A stretch of 60,621 nt of DNA from Opitutia bacterium (GTDB taxonomy: Bacteria; Verrucomicrobiota; Verrucomicrobiia; Opitutales; UBA953), in contig CANGRI010000001.1 of assembly GCA_947456525.1 (NCBI GenBank), forward strand, positions 1 through 60,621, read 5' to 3'. The notes under the pieces are model-generated. The model was not told the origin of the DNA, searched no databases, and saw only the letters and a list, made by a program, of their open reading frames with translations. The position numbers were made by a program, and so were the translations under genes. Positions 42,506-51,771 of this stretch are shown piece after piece. The stretch's first letter is position 1; the number at the start of each line of letters is the position of its first letter.

Positions 42506-45025
42506 ATGTCTTCCCCGCGTCCGGCCAATCGCTCCTACTCCACGGAAGCCCTGGAGCGGTGGTTTGTGTCCCTGCCCGAGGAGTGGGAGGCCGCTTTCAA
42601 GGAAGCCGATCTGATCGAAGGACGCAGGCTTTATACCGAAGGTCTCGTCAGGCAGATCGAACTCAAGCCCGAGAGCGCCGAGGCGGTCACCCGGACCGAA
42701 CTCCAGACGGTCCGCGCGGTCATCGAGGTCAACGGAGCAAAGCTCGAGTGGCGGACGTCGCTCCCGGAAGAAGAGAACGGCGCCCCCTTCGCGGTCGCTT
42801 CGATCTATGAGATCGAGGAACTCATCGCCGATGAGATCCCGGCCATCGACGAGACCGCCGCTGCCGCTGCACCGGAAGCGCCTAAGGAACCGGAGCGCAA
42901 GGATGGAGCCGCCCGGGCTTCCCTGAAGCTGCAGGTCACATTCGAGCTCACGTCGGACGGCTTGAAGATTTCCGCCGCCTGGGCGGGGCGGGGTGGCCAC
43001 GCCTGGAATTGCTTCGGCCCGGGCGCCATCCCCGGCGACGAACTTTCCGATGAGCAGCGGCAGACGCTCTTCCGCTTCAACACCGTCGCCCATCGGGCAG
43101 GGTTCGTCTACAGCAAGGCCACCGGTTCATGGGCCATCGATAACATCGGGCGTATCGAACGTTTCGTCCGCGAGGAACTCAACGACTGGCGTAAGCGCTT
43201 CAAGCTGATCGGCGAGGAAGCCCTGAACATCTTCCGTAACGAGCAGCTGCAGGTCGCCGTCGACGCCGAGGCCGAATCCGCAGCCGATGGCAAGTCCTTC
43301 AAGCTCAACTGGCGACTCAAGGCCGGCGGCCACCGCCTGCTCGCCGACGAGCAGAAACTGTTGCTCAAGGCCGGCGGCCGTCCGGTGATCCTGCCGGGGA
43401 AGGGCGTCGTCGCCTATAACGCCGCCGTCGCCGACTTCTCCGAGGATTGGCGGGCGAAGGATGGCGAAGTGCCGCGCTATCTGCTCCTTTCGCTTTTCGA
43501 CCATGCTGCCGTCGGGGCGCTGAAGCTCAACGACGACCTTAAGGCGTGGAAGGACAAGCTCCTCCAGGAACCGACGCCTCCCGACAATCTACCGGTTCAT
43601 TTGCGACCTTATCAGGCCAAGGGTGTCGCGTGGTTGGGCCGTCTCTGCGAACTCGGATCGCATCCGTTGCTCGCCGACGAGATGGGTCTCGGCAAGACCG
43701 TGCAGGTGCTGGCCTTGCTGGCTTCGCGTCCTGCCGGTGAGCGTTCCATCATCGTCTGTCCGGCGAGCGTCATCCCCGTCTGGCTCGGCGAGATCAAGCG
43801 GTTCCATCCCGAGATGAGCGCCGGCGCCGCGGTGCTGACGGCCGATGACGATTTCGTGAAGAATCCGTCGGCGAAGCTGTGGATCTCGAGCTACACCCAG
43901 CTACGTCGTCATGCCGACCTGCTCGCCAAGACGCGTTTCGGGTACGCGGTCCTCGATGAGGCGCAGGCCATCAAGAACCCCGAATCCAAGACGACCCAGA
44001 CCTGCATCTCCGTCCAGGCGGAACATCGTATCGCGATCACCGGCACCCCGCTCGAGAACCGGCCGACCGACCTGTGGACGATCTTCCGCTTCCTGATGCC
44101 GGGACTGCTCGGCAAGCGGGCCAACTTCGAGCGCATGATGCTGCGCGATCCTTCGATCGCGCTCGGCAAGGTGCGTCGACAGGTGTCGCCCTTCATCCTC
44201 CGCCGCCTGAAGCGGCATGTCGCGGCGGACATCCCTCCGAAGATGGAGGTCGTGCTGCCATGTCCGCTCACGCACGAGCAGCGTTCGTTGTATCAGCATC
44301 TCACCCAGGGCAGCGGTCTTTCGGGCGAACTTGCCACGTTGCTCTCGAAGGATGCGACCTCGGTGCTCACGCTTCTGATGCGGTTGCGTCAGGTCTGCTG
44401 CGATCCGGGCCTGCTGCCGGAGAACTCGCATTGTCCTTCGGCCCATTCGGGCAAGGTCACCTTGCTCGTCTCGAAGCTTTCCGAAATCGCGGCCAACGGC
44501 TCCAAGGCCGTCGTCTTCTCCCAGTTCGTATCCCTGATCGAACGCGTGAAGTCGGCGCTCGCCCGCGACCTGCCTTCGCTCCCGATCTACGAGCTAACCG
44601 GCGAGACCAAGGACCGTTCCGCCCCGGTCGAGCAGTTCAAGGAGACCAAGGGTCCCGCGTTGTTCCTCGCTTCGCTCAAGGCCGGCGGCACGGGCATCAC
44701 CCTGAATACCGCCGAATACGTCTTCCTGATGGATCCCTGGTGGAATCCCGCCGTCGAGGCCCAGGCCGTCGACCGCGTCCACCGCATCGGTCAGAAGAAC
44801 CCCGTGCTCATCTACCGCATGATCGCGCCGGGCACCGTCGAGGAGCGCATCGAGGAGCTGAAGCAGGAGAAACGCGAACTGTTCTCGACCGTCGTGGGCG
44901 ACATCCCTGACATGACGGACTGGACGCGCCACTTCTCGTCGCTGGATGCGCTCATCCGCCTCAGCGATTCTCCGGCCGCTTCGGCTTCCGCGGAGACGGC
45001 GCCGGAACGCGACGCCGAAGGCTGA
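42506..45025 (+). CDS. SNF2-family (Snf2/Rad54-like) helicase/translocase with ~390-aa N-terminal domain
   Basis: The track ORF starts at TTG 42458; the first ATG is at 42506 (MSSPRPANR). LADEMGLGKTVQ (motif I), VLDEAQAIKN (motif II), QAVDRVHRIGQK (motif VI). Confidence 0.88.
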   Translation: MSSPRPANRSYSTEALERWFVSLPEEWEAAFKEADLIEGRRLYTEGLVRQIELKPESAEAVTRTELQTVRAVIEVNGAKLEWRTSLPEEENGAPFAVASIYEIEELIADEIPAIDETAAAAAPEAPKEPERKDGAARASLKLQVTFELTSDGLKISAAWAGRGGHAWNCFGPGAIPGDELSDEQRQTLFRFNTVAHRAGFVYSKATGSWAIDNIGRIERFVREELNDWRKRFKLIGEEALNIFRNEQLQVAVDAEAESAADGKSFKLNWRLKAGGHRLLADEQKLLLKAGGRPVILPGKGVVAYNAAVADFSEDWRAKDGEVPRYLLLSLFDHAAVGALKLNDDLKAWKDKLLQEPTPPDNLPVHLRPYQAKGVAWLGRLCELGSHPLLADEMGLGKTVQVLALLASRPAGERSIIVCPASVIPVWLGEIKRFHPEMSAGAAVLTADDDFVKNPSAKLWISSYTQLRRHADLLAKTRFGYAVLDEAQAIKNPESKTTQTCISVQAEHRIAITGTPLENRPTDLWTIFRFLMPGLLGKRANFERMMLRDPSIALGKVRRQVSPFILRRLKRHVAADIPPKMEVVLPCPLTHEQRSLYQHLTQGSGLSGELATLLSKDATSVLTLLMRLRQVCCDPGLLPENSHCPSAHSGKVTLLVSKLSEIAANGSKAVVFSQFVSLIERVKSALARDLPSLPIYELTGETKDRSAPVEQFKETKGPALFLASLKAGGTGITLNTAEYVFLMDPWWNPAVEAQAVDRVHRIGQKNPVLIYRMIAPGTVEERIEELKQEKRELFSTVVGDIPDMTDWTRHFSSLDALIRLSDSPAASASAETAPERDAEG

Positions 45026-46405
45026 TCACTTAGCGATCAGGTCGTATTCTTCGGCGCCGGTGACGGTCACTTCGGCGAACTGGCCGACCGCGAGCTTCTT
45101 GGGGACCTTGACGACGCCGTCGATCTCCATGGCGTCGCCGACGCTGCGCGCGATGCCCGGGCTTTCGACGAGGACGCGCAGCTTGCGGCCGACGAAGGCT
45201 TCGCCACGCTGCTTGGAAAGACGCTGGAGCAGGAGCATGGCGCGGGCATGGCGGTCGGCCTTCACCTCGTCGGAGAGGTGGCCTTCCATCTTGGCGCCTT
45301 TGGTGCCTTCTTCCTTGGAGTACTTGAACACGCCGACGCGGTCGAACTTCGTCTGCTCGAGGAAGGCCAGCAGCTCGGTGAAGTCTTCCTCGGTCTCGCC
45401 GGGGAATCCTACGATGAAGGTCGTGCGGATGACCAGGTCGGGGATGCCGGCGCGCATGCGCTTGATCAGGTCGCGGATGTAGTCGCCGCCCGTCTCTCGC
45501 TGCATGGAACCCAGCATCTTGTCGGAGATATGCTGAAGGGGGATGTCGACGTAGCGGACGACGTGCTTGGACTGGCCGATGGTCTCGATGAGCTCGTCGC
45601 TCCAGTGCGCCGGGTGCGTGTAGAGCAGGCGGATCCAGAAATCGCCTTCGATCTGGTCGAGTTCGCGGAGCAGGGAGGCGAGCGATTCGCCCTTGGAGGA
45701 GTCGACCTTGCTCCGCGGATTCGGACGGGCGTCGGTCCAGCGGTCCATGCCGAAGTAGGTGGTGTCCTGGGAAATCAGGTTGATCTCCTTGACGCCCTCG
45801 GCGACGAGCTGGCGGGCTTCCTTGACGACCGACTCGACCGTGCGGCTGCGGTGGCGGCCGCGGATGCGCGGGATGATGCAGAAGGTGCAGGGATGGTTGC
45901 AGCCTTCGGCGATTTTGATGTAGGCCGAATGACGGGGCGTCAGGCGGAAACGAGGGGTGTCGAAGTCAGGGATGAAGGTCGTCGTCTTGGCGAGGAACTC
46001 GGTCATGCCGGCTTCGCCGCCCATGACCTTATGGATGACCGGGACGATGTTGGTCACCTGATCCAGGCCGATGAAGGCGTCGACCTTGGGCAGTTCGACG
46101 CGTCCCTTGGCGCCTTCGACGACAGGCAGGGAGCCCTGGTAGCGCTGGGACATGCAACCCGCCACGATAAGCTTCTGGCCCTTCTTGCGGGCGGTGGCTT
46201 TACCGTCGCTCATCTCATAGATGGCTTCGAGGGCTTCGTGCTTCGAGGCGTCGATGAAGGAGCAGGTGTTGACGATCACCACGTCGGCCTCGGAGGCATC
46301 GGGGGTCATGGACATCCCGGCCTTGGCCAGGTGGCCGATCATGATCTCGGAATCGATCAGGTTCTTGGCGCAGCCAAGGGAGACGAGGCCTACTTTAACG
46401 GACAT
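45026..46405 (-). CDS. rimO: Ribosomal protein S12 methylthiotransferase RimO
   Basis: Track ORF 45026..46534 trimmed to ATG 46405 (MSVKVGLVSLGCAKNLIDSE). Radical-SAM CNHPCTFC and a C-terminal TRAM domain. Confidence 0.9.
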   Translation of the reverse strand: MSVKVGLVSLGCAKNLIDSEIMIGHLAKAGMSMTPDASEADVVIVNTCSFIDASKHEALEAIYEMSDGKATARKKGQKLIVAGCMSQRYQGSLPVVEGAKGRVELPKVDAFIGLDQVTNIVPVIHKVMGGEAGMTEFLAKTTTFIPDFDTPRFRLTPRHSAYIKIAEGCNHPCTFCIIPRIRGRHRSRTVESVVKEARQLVAEGVKEINLISQDTTYFGMDRWTDARPNPRSKVDSSKGESLASLLRELDQIEGDFWIRLLYTHPAHWSDELIETIGQSKHVVRYVDIPLQHISDKMLGSMQRETGGDYIRDLIKRMRAGIPDLVIRTTFIVGFPGETEEDFTELLAFLEQTKFDRVGVFKYSKEEGTKGAKMEGHLSDEVKADRHARAMLLLQRLSKQRGEAFVGRKLRVLVESPGIARSVGDAMEIDGVVKVPKKLAVGQFAEVTVTGAEEYDLIAK

Positions 46406-46449
46406 GGCGGGATAAGGAGCAGAGACTGGGCGGAAAGCAACCCCAGGCG

Positions 46450-47283
46450 TCAGAGGGTCAGCCAAGCTTCGGCCGGAATCGCTTCCGGACGGGCCAGGCT
46501 GGTCAGTCCGTAGCGGGGTAGGTCCGCCAGCCACGCGGCCACGTCTGCGGCTCCCGGGAAGAGTTTCTTGGCGGCCGAACCGACCTGTTTGCGACGCTGG
46601 GTGAAGAGCATGCGGGCGACTTCACGGGCGCGTGGGCTGAGTCGCTTGGCGTCGGGACGTCGGCGGAGGACGAGCAGGCAGGAGTCGACCTTGGGCGGCG
46701 GATTGAAGGATTGGGCCGGGACGGGATGGACCTTGATCTTCTCGAAGGCCAGATGGACCTGGGCGGTGACTGCGGACCAGTGCCCCGTCCCGACGTCGGC
46801 GGTGAGGCGCTCGGCGGCCTCGCGCTGAAGCATGAGCACCATCATCGAGGGGTGGGGGCCTGCGCAGATCGCATCCATCCACGGGGTCGAGATGGCGTAG
46901 GGCAGGTTGGCGATGACCTTGAAGGAACCGTCGGTCGGTTCGATCAGGCCGGCACGGGGGAAATCCACCGCATCGCCTTCCTTCAGGTGAAAGGTCTTGG
47001 GGAAGCGCGGGAGCAGGGACTCCGTCAGGTGGAAGTGCATCGTCCGGTCCGCCTCGACGGCGTAGAGGTCGACGCCGGCGCAGAGCAGGGTGCGGGTCAG
47101 CGTGCCGAGGCCGGGGCCGACTTCGAGCACGGTGTCGCCGGCCTTGATCTCGCCGAGTTCAAGCGACTTGCGGACGATGTTGCCGTCGATGAGGAAGTTC
47201 TGGCCCAGCCACTTCTTGGGCATGTGCGAGAGACGCGCGAGCAGGTCGCGGGTCTCGTTCGGCGAGAGCGGTCCGTCGTTCAT
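46450..47283 (-). CDS. rsmA: 16S rRNA (adenine1518/1519-N6)-dimethyltransferase
   Basis: 277 aa. WLGQNFLIDGNIVRK and VLEVGPGLGTLT SAM motif. ATGA overlap with trpC. Confidence 0.92.
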   Translation of the reverse strand: MNDGPLSPNETRDLLARLSHMPKKWLGQNFLIDGNIVRKSLELGEIKAGDTVLEVGPGLGTLTRTLLCAGVDLYAVEADRTMHFHLTESLLPRFPKTFHLKEGDAVDFPRAGLIEPTDGSFKVIANLPYAISTPWMDAICAGPHPSMMVLMLQREAAERLTADVGTGHWSAVTAQVHLAFEKIKVHPVPAQSFNPPPKVDSCLLVLRRRPDAKRLSPRAREVARMLFTQRRKQVGSAAKKLFPGAADVAAWLADLPRYGLTSLARPEAIPAEAWLTL

Positions 47284-48071
47284 GCGTATTGCAACGCCTT
47301 CATCAGCGCGGCCGGATCCTGCTCGCGCATCAGGGATTCGCCGACGAGCAAGGCATGGGCGCCGGCGGCGCGCATGCGGGCGGCGTCTTCCGCCGTCTTG
47401 ATGCCGCTTTCGGCGACCCTCAGGACTGACTTTGGCATGTGCGGGATGACCCGCTCGGCGAAAGTGAGGTCGATCTGGAACGTGGACAGGTTGCGGTTGT
47501 TCACGCCCACCATGTCCGGGTCATGACGCAAGGCCCGTTCGAGTTCGGCTTCGTCGTGCACCTCGAAGAGCGTGTCGAGTCCGGCGAGCTTGGCGGAGCG
47601 GTGGATCGGGACGATCTCATCGTCGGTCAGGCCGCGGACGATGATCAGGATGCAGCGGGCGCCGGCTTGGGCGGCTTCGAGCACCTGATAGGGGTGGACC
47701 ATGAAGTCCTTGCGGATGCAAGGCAGCGGGCGCTTCCACGTCGGCTGATCCTGGACGACCTGGATGAGGTCCTTCAGTTCGCCCTTGAAGTATTTCGTCT
47801 CGGTCAGCACGGAGAGGCAGTCCGCGCCGGCGGCGGCATAGGCCCGAGCCTGGGTGACGGCGTCGACGCCTTCGCGGATCTGTCCCACGCTCGGCGAAGC
47901 CCGCTTGACCTCGGCGATCACGCTGAGACGGCCGGAGACTTGGAGCGACTGACGGAAGCCGGGAGCGGCGTGCTTGCCGGCGAAAGCGGCCAGTTCGGCG
48001 TCGGTGACGGCGCGCGCGAACGGGGCGATTTCCCGACGCTTGGCGTCCATGATTTCGGTCAGCTTGTCCAC
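47280..48071 (-). CDS. trpC: Indole-3-glycerol-phosphate synthase
   Basis: The track ORF extends to TTG 48107. I prefer GTG 48071 (VDKLTEIMDAKRREI, typical TrpC N-terminus); ATG 48050 is also possible. IAEVKRASPSVG and KDFMVHPYQVLEA. Confidence 0.88.
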   Translation of the reverse strand: MDKLTEIMDAKRREIAPFARAVTDAELAAFAGKHAAPGFRQSLQVSGRLSVIAEVKRASPSVGQIREGVDAVTQARAYAAAGADCLSVLTETKYFKGELKDLIQVVQDQPTWKRPLPCIRKDFMVHPYQVLEAAQAGARCILIIVRGLTDDEIVPIHRSAKLAGLDTLFEVHDEAELERALRHDPDMVGVNNRNLSTFQIDLTFAERVIPHMPKSVLRVAESGIKTAEDAARMRAAGAHALLVGESLMREQDPAALMKALQYA

Positions 48072-48147
48072 TGGACCTAAAGCAAACGCTCCAGGGGCTT
48101 CTGGCAATCGTTTTGACTCCCTTCCTTTGTGCCTTCCTCATCGGGTC

Positions 48148-48807
48148 ATGCCCGGCATCGACCTCCTGCTTGCGACCACCGCCCGACTCCGCGCTCCTGA
48201 CGGTTGCCCTTGGGACCGCGAGCAGACGCATCGGACCATCTGCGACTGTCTCATCGAGGAAGTCGCAGAGCTCGTCCAGGCCATCGACCGCGACGACGAC
48301 GCCAATCTCCGCGAAGAACTAGGCGACCTCCTTTTCCATGTCGCGATGCATGCGCAGATGGCGGCCGAAGCCGGCAAGTTCACCTTCGATGACGTCGCCC
48401 GCGAGGTGAACGAGAAGATGGTGCGTCGTCACCCTCATGTCTTCGGCGACGGCGCCAAGCTCGGCTCCGCCGATGCCGTCGTGACCCAATGGGAGCAGAT
48501 CAAGCTCAAGGAGAAAGGCGCCAAGAAGCCTACCGTCTTCAAGGAACTGCCGCCTTCGCTGAACACCATTCTCACCGCCCGCGAAGTATGGAAGCAGGTC
48601 CGGAAGAAGCAGCTCGACGCCGGCGCGACGGTCGATGTGGCCAAGGTCGACGCGCAGGCGAACGGACTTTCCGAAGAAGAGGCCGGCCGCAGGCTCTTCG
48701 AGCTGGTCGCCGCCTGTCGCGATGCCGGCATCGACCCCGATTCCGCCTTGCGTCGGCAGACCGCCAAGGTCGTCGCCACGGCCGAAGCACGAGCCGCCCT
48801 GTCCTGA
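48148..48807 (+). CDS. mazG: MazG-family nucleoside triphosphate pyrophosphohydrolase
   Basis: Track ORF 47974..48807 trimmed to ATG 48148. RLRAPDGCPWDREQTH, EEVAELVQAI and EELGDLLFHV (EEXX(E/D) metal motifs). Confidence 0.88.
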   Translation: MPGIDLLLATTARLRAPDGCPWDREQTHRTICDCLIEEVAELVQAIDRDDDANLREELGDLLFHVAMHAQMAAEAGKFTFDDVAREVNEKMVRRHPHVFGDGAKLGSADAVVTQWEQIKLKEKGAKKPTVFKELPPSLNTILTAREVWKQVRKKQLDAGATVDVAKVDAQANGLSEEEAGRRLFELVAACRDAGIDPDSALRRQTAKVVATAEARAALS

Positions 48808-48809
48808 GC

Positions 48810-49535
48810 ATGGCGTCTTCCGACCAGCCTGTCACCGTGCATGTCTCTGGACGCGCCGTCGAGGTCTGGCCGCGCATCTCCGAGCGCACGACGCGGGTCA
48901 GGCTCTCGGTGAAGCCAGGACCTAAGGTCGTGCTTACCTATCCGCCGCATGCCTCGCATGCTTCGGCGCTGGCTTTCCTCCGCGACAATCTTCCGTGGCT
49001 GGAGCGCGTGCTGGCCAAAGCCCGCACCGTCCAGCCTTCGCTGACCTCCCATCTCCGGAAGTTCCCTTGGGTCACGCTCGACGACCGCCTTCTGGCGATC
49101 GAGATGGAGGAGGGCGCGCGAGGAGCGATCCGCATTTCCAAGACCGAGGACAAAGTTAACCTCGTCGTTCCCTCGGCCGACCCTGAGTCGGGGGCCGTTC
49201 GCGTCATCCGCCGTCTGGCCGAGACCGGCTTGGGGCTGGCCGTAGCCCGTCTGAGCGACAAGGTCGGCGTGACGGTGCAGCAGGTGAGCGTGCGGGATCA
49301 GACGACGCGATGGGGTTCCTGTTCGACCGCCGGTACGCTTTCGTTGAACTGGCGGCTCGTGCTGCTTCCGCCGATGTTGCACGACCACGTGATCCTCCAT
49401 GAGCTCTCCCACCGCCGGCACATGGATCATTCCGACCGTTTCTGGAACCAATTGGCCGCCTGGGACCCGGATTGGAAGAAGCACGACCGTGAGCTGACCA
49501 AACGGTGGAACATCATCATGGACCTCGGCCGATGA
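48810..49535 (+). CDS. YgjP-like (DUF45, M48-related) metal-dependent hydrolase
   Basis: Track ORF 48489..49535 trimmed to ATG 48810, 2 nt after the mazG stop. RWGSCS and ILHELSHRRHMDHSDRFW (HExxH). Confidence 0.8.
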   Translation: MASSDQPVTVHVSGRAVEVWPRISERTTRVRLSVKPGPKVVLTYPPHASHASALAFLRDNLPWLERVLAKARTVQPSLTSHLRKFPWVTLDDRLLAIEMEEGARGAIRISKTEDKVNLVVPSADPESGAVRVIRRLAETGLGLAVARLSDKVGVTVQQVSVRDQTTRWGSCSTAGTLSLNWRLVLLPPMLHDHVILHELSHRRHMDHSDRFWNQLAAWDPDWKKHDRELTKRWNIIMDLGR

Positions 49536-50080
49536 GTCAACGCGAGGTCGGCCAGTCTCCGGATGAGGTGTTCGATGTCGTCGACGCGCGTGATGTCGTC
49601 GTCGGACGGGAGTTCCGCCGCGAGATCCATCGGCGCGGGTTGCTGCACCGTGCGATCCATATCTTCTGGCTGCGCGATGACGGCATGCTCTGCCTGCAGC
49701 GTCGTTCTTATGCGAAGGACAACTGCCCCGGCCTCCTGAGCTCATCCTGCGCCGGGCATGTCGATTCCGGAGAGGATTACCTGGCCGCCGCGGTGCGCGA
49801 ACTGCGTGAGGAGCTGGGTATCGCCGTGTCGCCCGACAGGCTGTCGGAAATCGACTATGCCCCTTGTCATCCGGACCTGGGCAATGAGTTCGTCCGTTCC
49901 TACCTGCTCAAAGGCTCCTTTGCGACCAAGCTCGCGGAATTCGAGGTCGATTCCATCCTGTGGCGCACGCCGGCCGAAACGCAGGCTTGGGCCGCGGTCG
50001 AGCCCGGGGCTTTCTCTTCGCCGCTGGCGCATCTGTTCGGGCGTGCGACTGTCCGTGCGGCGCTGGGGCTCCCGGCGTAA
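49532..50080 (+). CDS. NUDIX hydrolase
   Basis: Track ORF 49505..50080 trimmed to ATG 49532 (ATGA overlap with the upstream stop). Nudix box GHVDSGEDYLAAAVRELREELGI. Confidence 0.85.
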   Translation: MSQREVGQSPDEVFDVVDARDVVVGREFRREIHRRGLLHRAIHIFWLRDDGMLCLQRRSYAKDNCPGLLSSSCAGHVDSGEDYLAAAVRELREELGIAVSPDRLSEIDYAPCHPDLGNEFVRSYLLKGSFATKLAEFEVDSILWRTPAETQAWAAVEPGAFSSPLAHLFGRATVRAALGLPA

Positions 50081-50103
50081 AGGTTTGAACTGCCCGTCGG
50101 GGG

Positions 50104-50778
50104 GTGCGATACAAGGGCGTGGCTGACACCCCCCGAGACCCATCCGACGCGCCTGCCGTGGTGCCATGGTATCATTGGGTCTGGTTGGTGCCGGTGGCCT
50201 TGTTCCTGCGACTCTGGCTGGCGACGCTCCGTTTTCGTTGCAACGTCCCGAACATCGATGACACCGCTGGCCCCTCGGTGATCCTGCTTTGGCATGACAA
50301 GCTATTCGTCTCTTCCTGGATCGCTAACCGTTCGTTCCGGCGCCCGGTCACCGCGCTCATCAGCACGAGCAAGGATGGCGCATGGTTGGTCGCGTTCTTC
50401 AAGCTCATGGGAATCACCGCCGTACGCGGTTCTTCGAGCCGTCGCGGCGCCGCCGCGCTGATCACGCTGACTCGCTCGATGCGCGGCGGCCATCACGCCG
50501 GCATCACGCCCGACGGTCCCAAGGGGCCTGCCTTGGAGTTCAAGCCCGGGGCAGTTTCCTTGGCTAGGCTGACCCGCAGTCCCTTCATCGTGCTCGGCAT
50601 CCGTTACCATGCCTGCTGGCGAACGCGGAGCTGGGATCGCTTCGCGCTCCCGGTGCCTTTCTCCAAGGTGGAGGTTACCTTGCTGCAGGAGGCGACGCCG
50701 GCCGAAGGAGAAAGCGACGAGTCGGTGGCGGCCAGGCTGCAGGCCAGGTTGAACGAGACCTCGACCGGCCCGGCCTGA
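50104..50778 (+). CDS. DUF374 lysophospholipid-acyltransferase-like protein
   Basis: 224 aa, GTG start. LLWHDKLF, STSKDGAWLVAFFKLMGITAVRGSSSRRG and GITPDGPKGP resemble the DUF374 family often found beside Kdo-transferase or lipid A genes (from memory). Confidence 0.72.
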   Translation: MRYKGVADTPRDPSDAPAVVPWYHWVWLVPVALFLRLWLATLRFRCNVPNIDDTAGPSVILLWHDKLFVSSWIANRSFRRPVTALISTSKDGAWLVAFFKLMGITAVRGSSSRRGAAALITLTRSMRGGHHAGITPDGPKGPALEFKPGAVSLARLTRSPFIVLGIRYHACWRTRSWDRFALPVPFSKVEVTLLQEATPAEGESDESVAARLQARLNETSTGPA

Positions 50779-50780
50779 AC

Positions 50781-51371
50781 TCAGGCTTTGCCGAGCAGTT
50801 TTTCGGCGTACTTCGCGAGGAGGTCTGACTCAAGGTTGACCCGGTCGCCGGTCTTGCGGTGCGACAGGTTCGTGACCTCCAGCGTGTGCGGGATGATCCA
50901 GATCCGGAATCCGCCGGGAATCAGGTCGGCGACCGTCAGCGACATGCCGTCGATGGCGACGCAGCCTTTTCGGACGACATGGCGGAGGAATGGTTCGGGC
51001 GCCTTGATATCAAGGCGCCAGTCGGCGCCGTCCTGGTCGAAGAAGGCGACTTCGCCGCAGCCGTCGATGTGTCCGGTGACGAAATGGCCGCCCATCCGGT
51101 CGGTCGGCAGGAGGCTGGGCTCGATGTTGACGGTCGCGCCTGGGCGCAGGTCGCCGAGGTTGGTCAGGCGTAGGGTTTCGGCCAGAAGGTCGAAGCTCGC
51201 CTGTTGCCCCTTGGGGTCGACGACCGTCAGGCAGCAGCCGTTGGTTGCGATGCTGTCGCCGGGTCTGGCCGTCGCCAGCAGGGGGTGGGAGAGGGTGAGG
51301 CGTGCGCCGTCTTTCTCACGTGGAGCAATGTCGGTCACCTTGGCCGCTCCTTGGACTAAGCCTGTGAACAT
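50781..51371 (-). CDS. ribE: Riboflavin synthase (alpha chain)
   Basis: 196 aa. MFTGLVQG, SIATNGCCLTV, and the internally duplicated lumazine-binding repeat (GGHFVTGHIDG...GMSLTV). Confidence 0.92.
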   Translation of the reverse strand: MFTGLVQGAAKVTDIAPREKDGARLTLSHPLLATARPGDSIATNGCCLTVVDPKGQQASFDLLAETLRLTNLGDLRPGATVNIEPSLLPTDRMGGHFVTGHIDGCGEVAFFDQDGADWRLDIKAPEPFLRHVVRKGCVAIDGMSLTVADLIPGGFRIWIIPHTLEVTNLSHRKTGDRVNLESDLLAKYAEKLLGKA

Positions 51372-51375
51372 GCGG

Positions 51376-51402
51376 AAATAAAAAGGGGCCTTGGCAGGCC
51401 CC
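51376..51402 (-). terminator. Rho-independent terminator after tatA
   Basis: On the minus strand: GGGGCC-TGCCAA-GGCCCC followed by TTTTTATTT. Lies 8 nt after the tatA stop and ends 4 nt before the ribE ATG. Confidence 0.7.
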
Positions 51403-51409
51403 GGAGGTC

Positions 51410-51706
51410 TTAGTTCTGCTTGCCGTCTTGGGCTCGCTTGGCGCGTTCCTCGGCTTCGATCTTGGCGCGAACGGCGGCGCGTTCTTCTTCCTCGATCTGC
51501 TTCATGCGGAATTTCTTGCGTTCGTCTTCTTCGACGGCGTTGCGCACTTCGTCTTCGACTTCTTCGGAGGCCTTCTTGAATTCACGCTTGGCCTTGCCCA
51601 GGCCGCGGGCCAGCTCGGGGAGCTTGGAGCCGCCGAAAAGGAGCACGACCACGACGAGGATGATGAGGGCGGTTTCGCCGTTGAGGAATGCGAGGGGGAG
51701 GTGCAT
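51410..51706 (-). CDS. tatA: Twin-arginine translocase subunit TatA/E
   Basis: Track ORF trimmed to ATG 51706: MHLPLAFLNGETALIILVVVVLLFGGSKLPELARGLGKAKREFKKA, then a charged tail. Confidence 0.88.
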   Translation of the reverse strand: MHLPLAFLNGETALIILVVVVLLFGGSKLPELARGLGKAKREFKKASEEVEDEVRNAVEEDERKKFRMKQIEEEERAAVRAKIEAEERAKRAQDGKQN

Positions 51707-51771
51707 GTTCTGAGAGGATTGGTGTGGATTAGTCCCGAAAGGTAAACCAATAATCACATAGGCCCTTACTC

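Noticed and set aside
51372-51409. FMN riboswitch upstream of ribE.
   Set aside because: The spacer is 38 nt and is fully occupied by the tatA terminator hairpin, which is far too short for an FMN aptamer.
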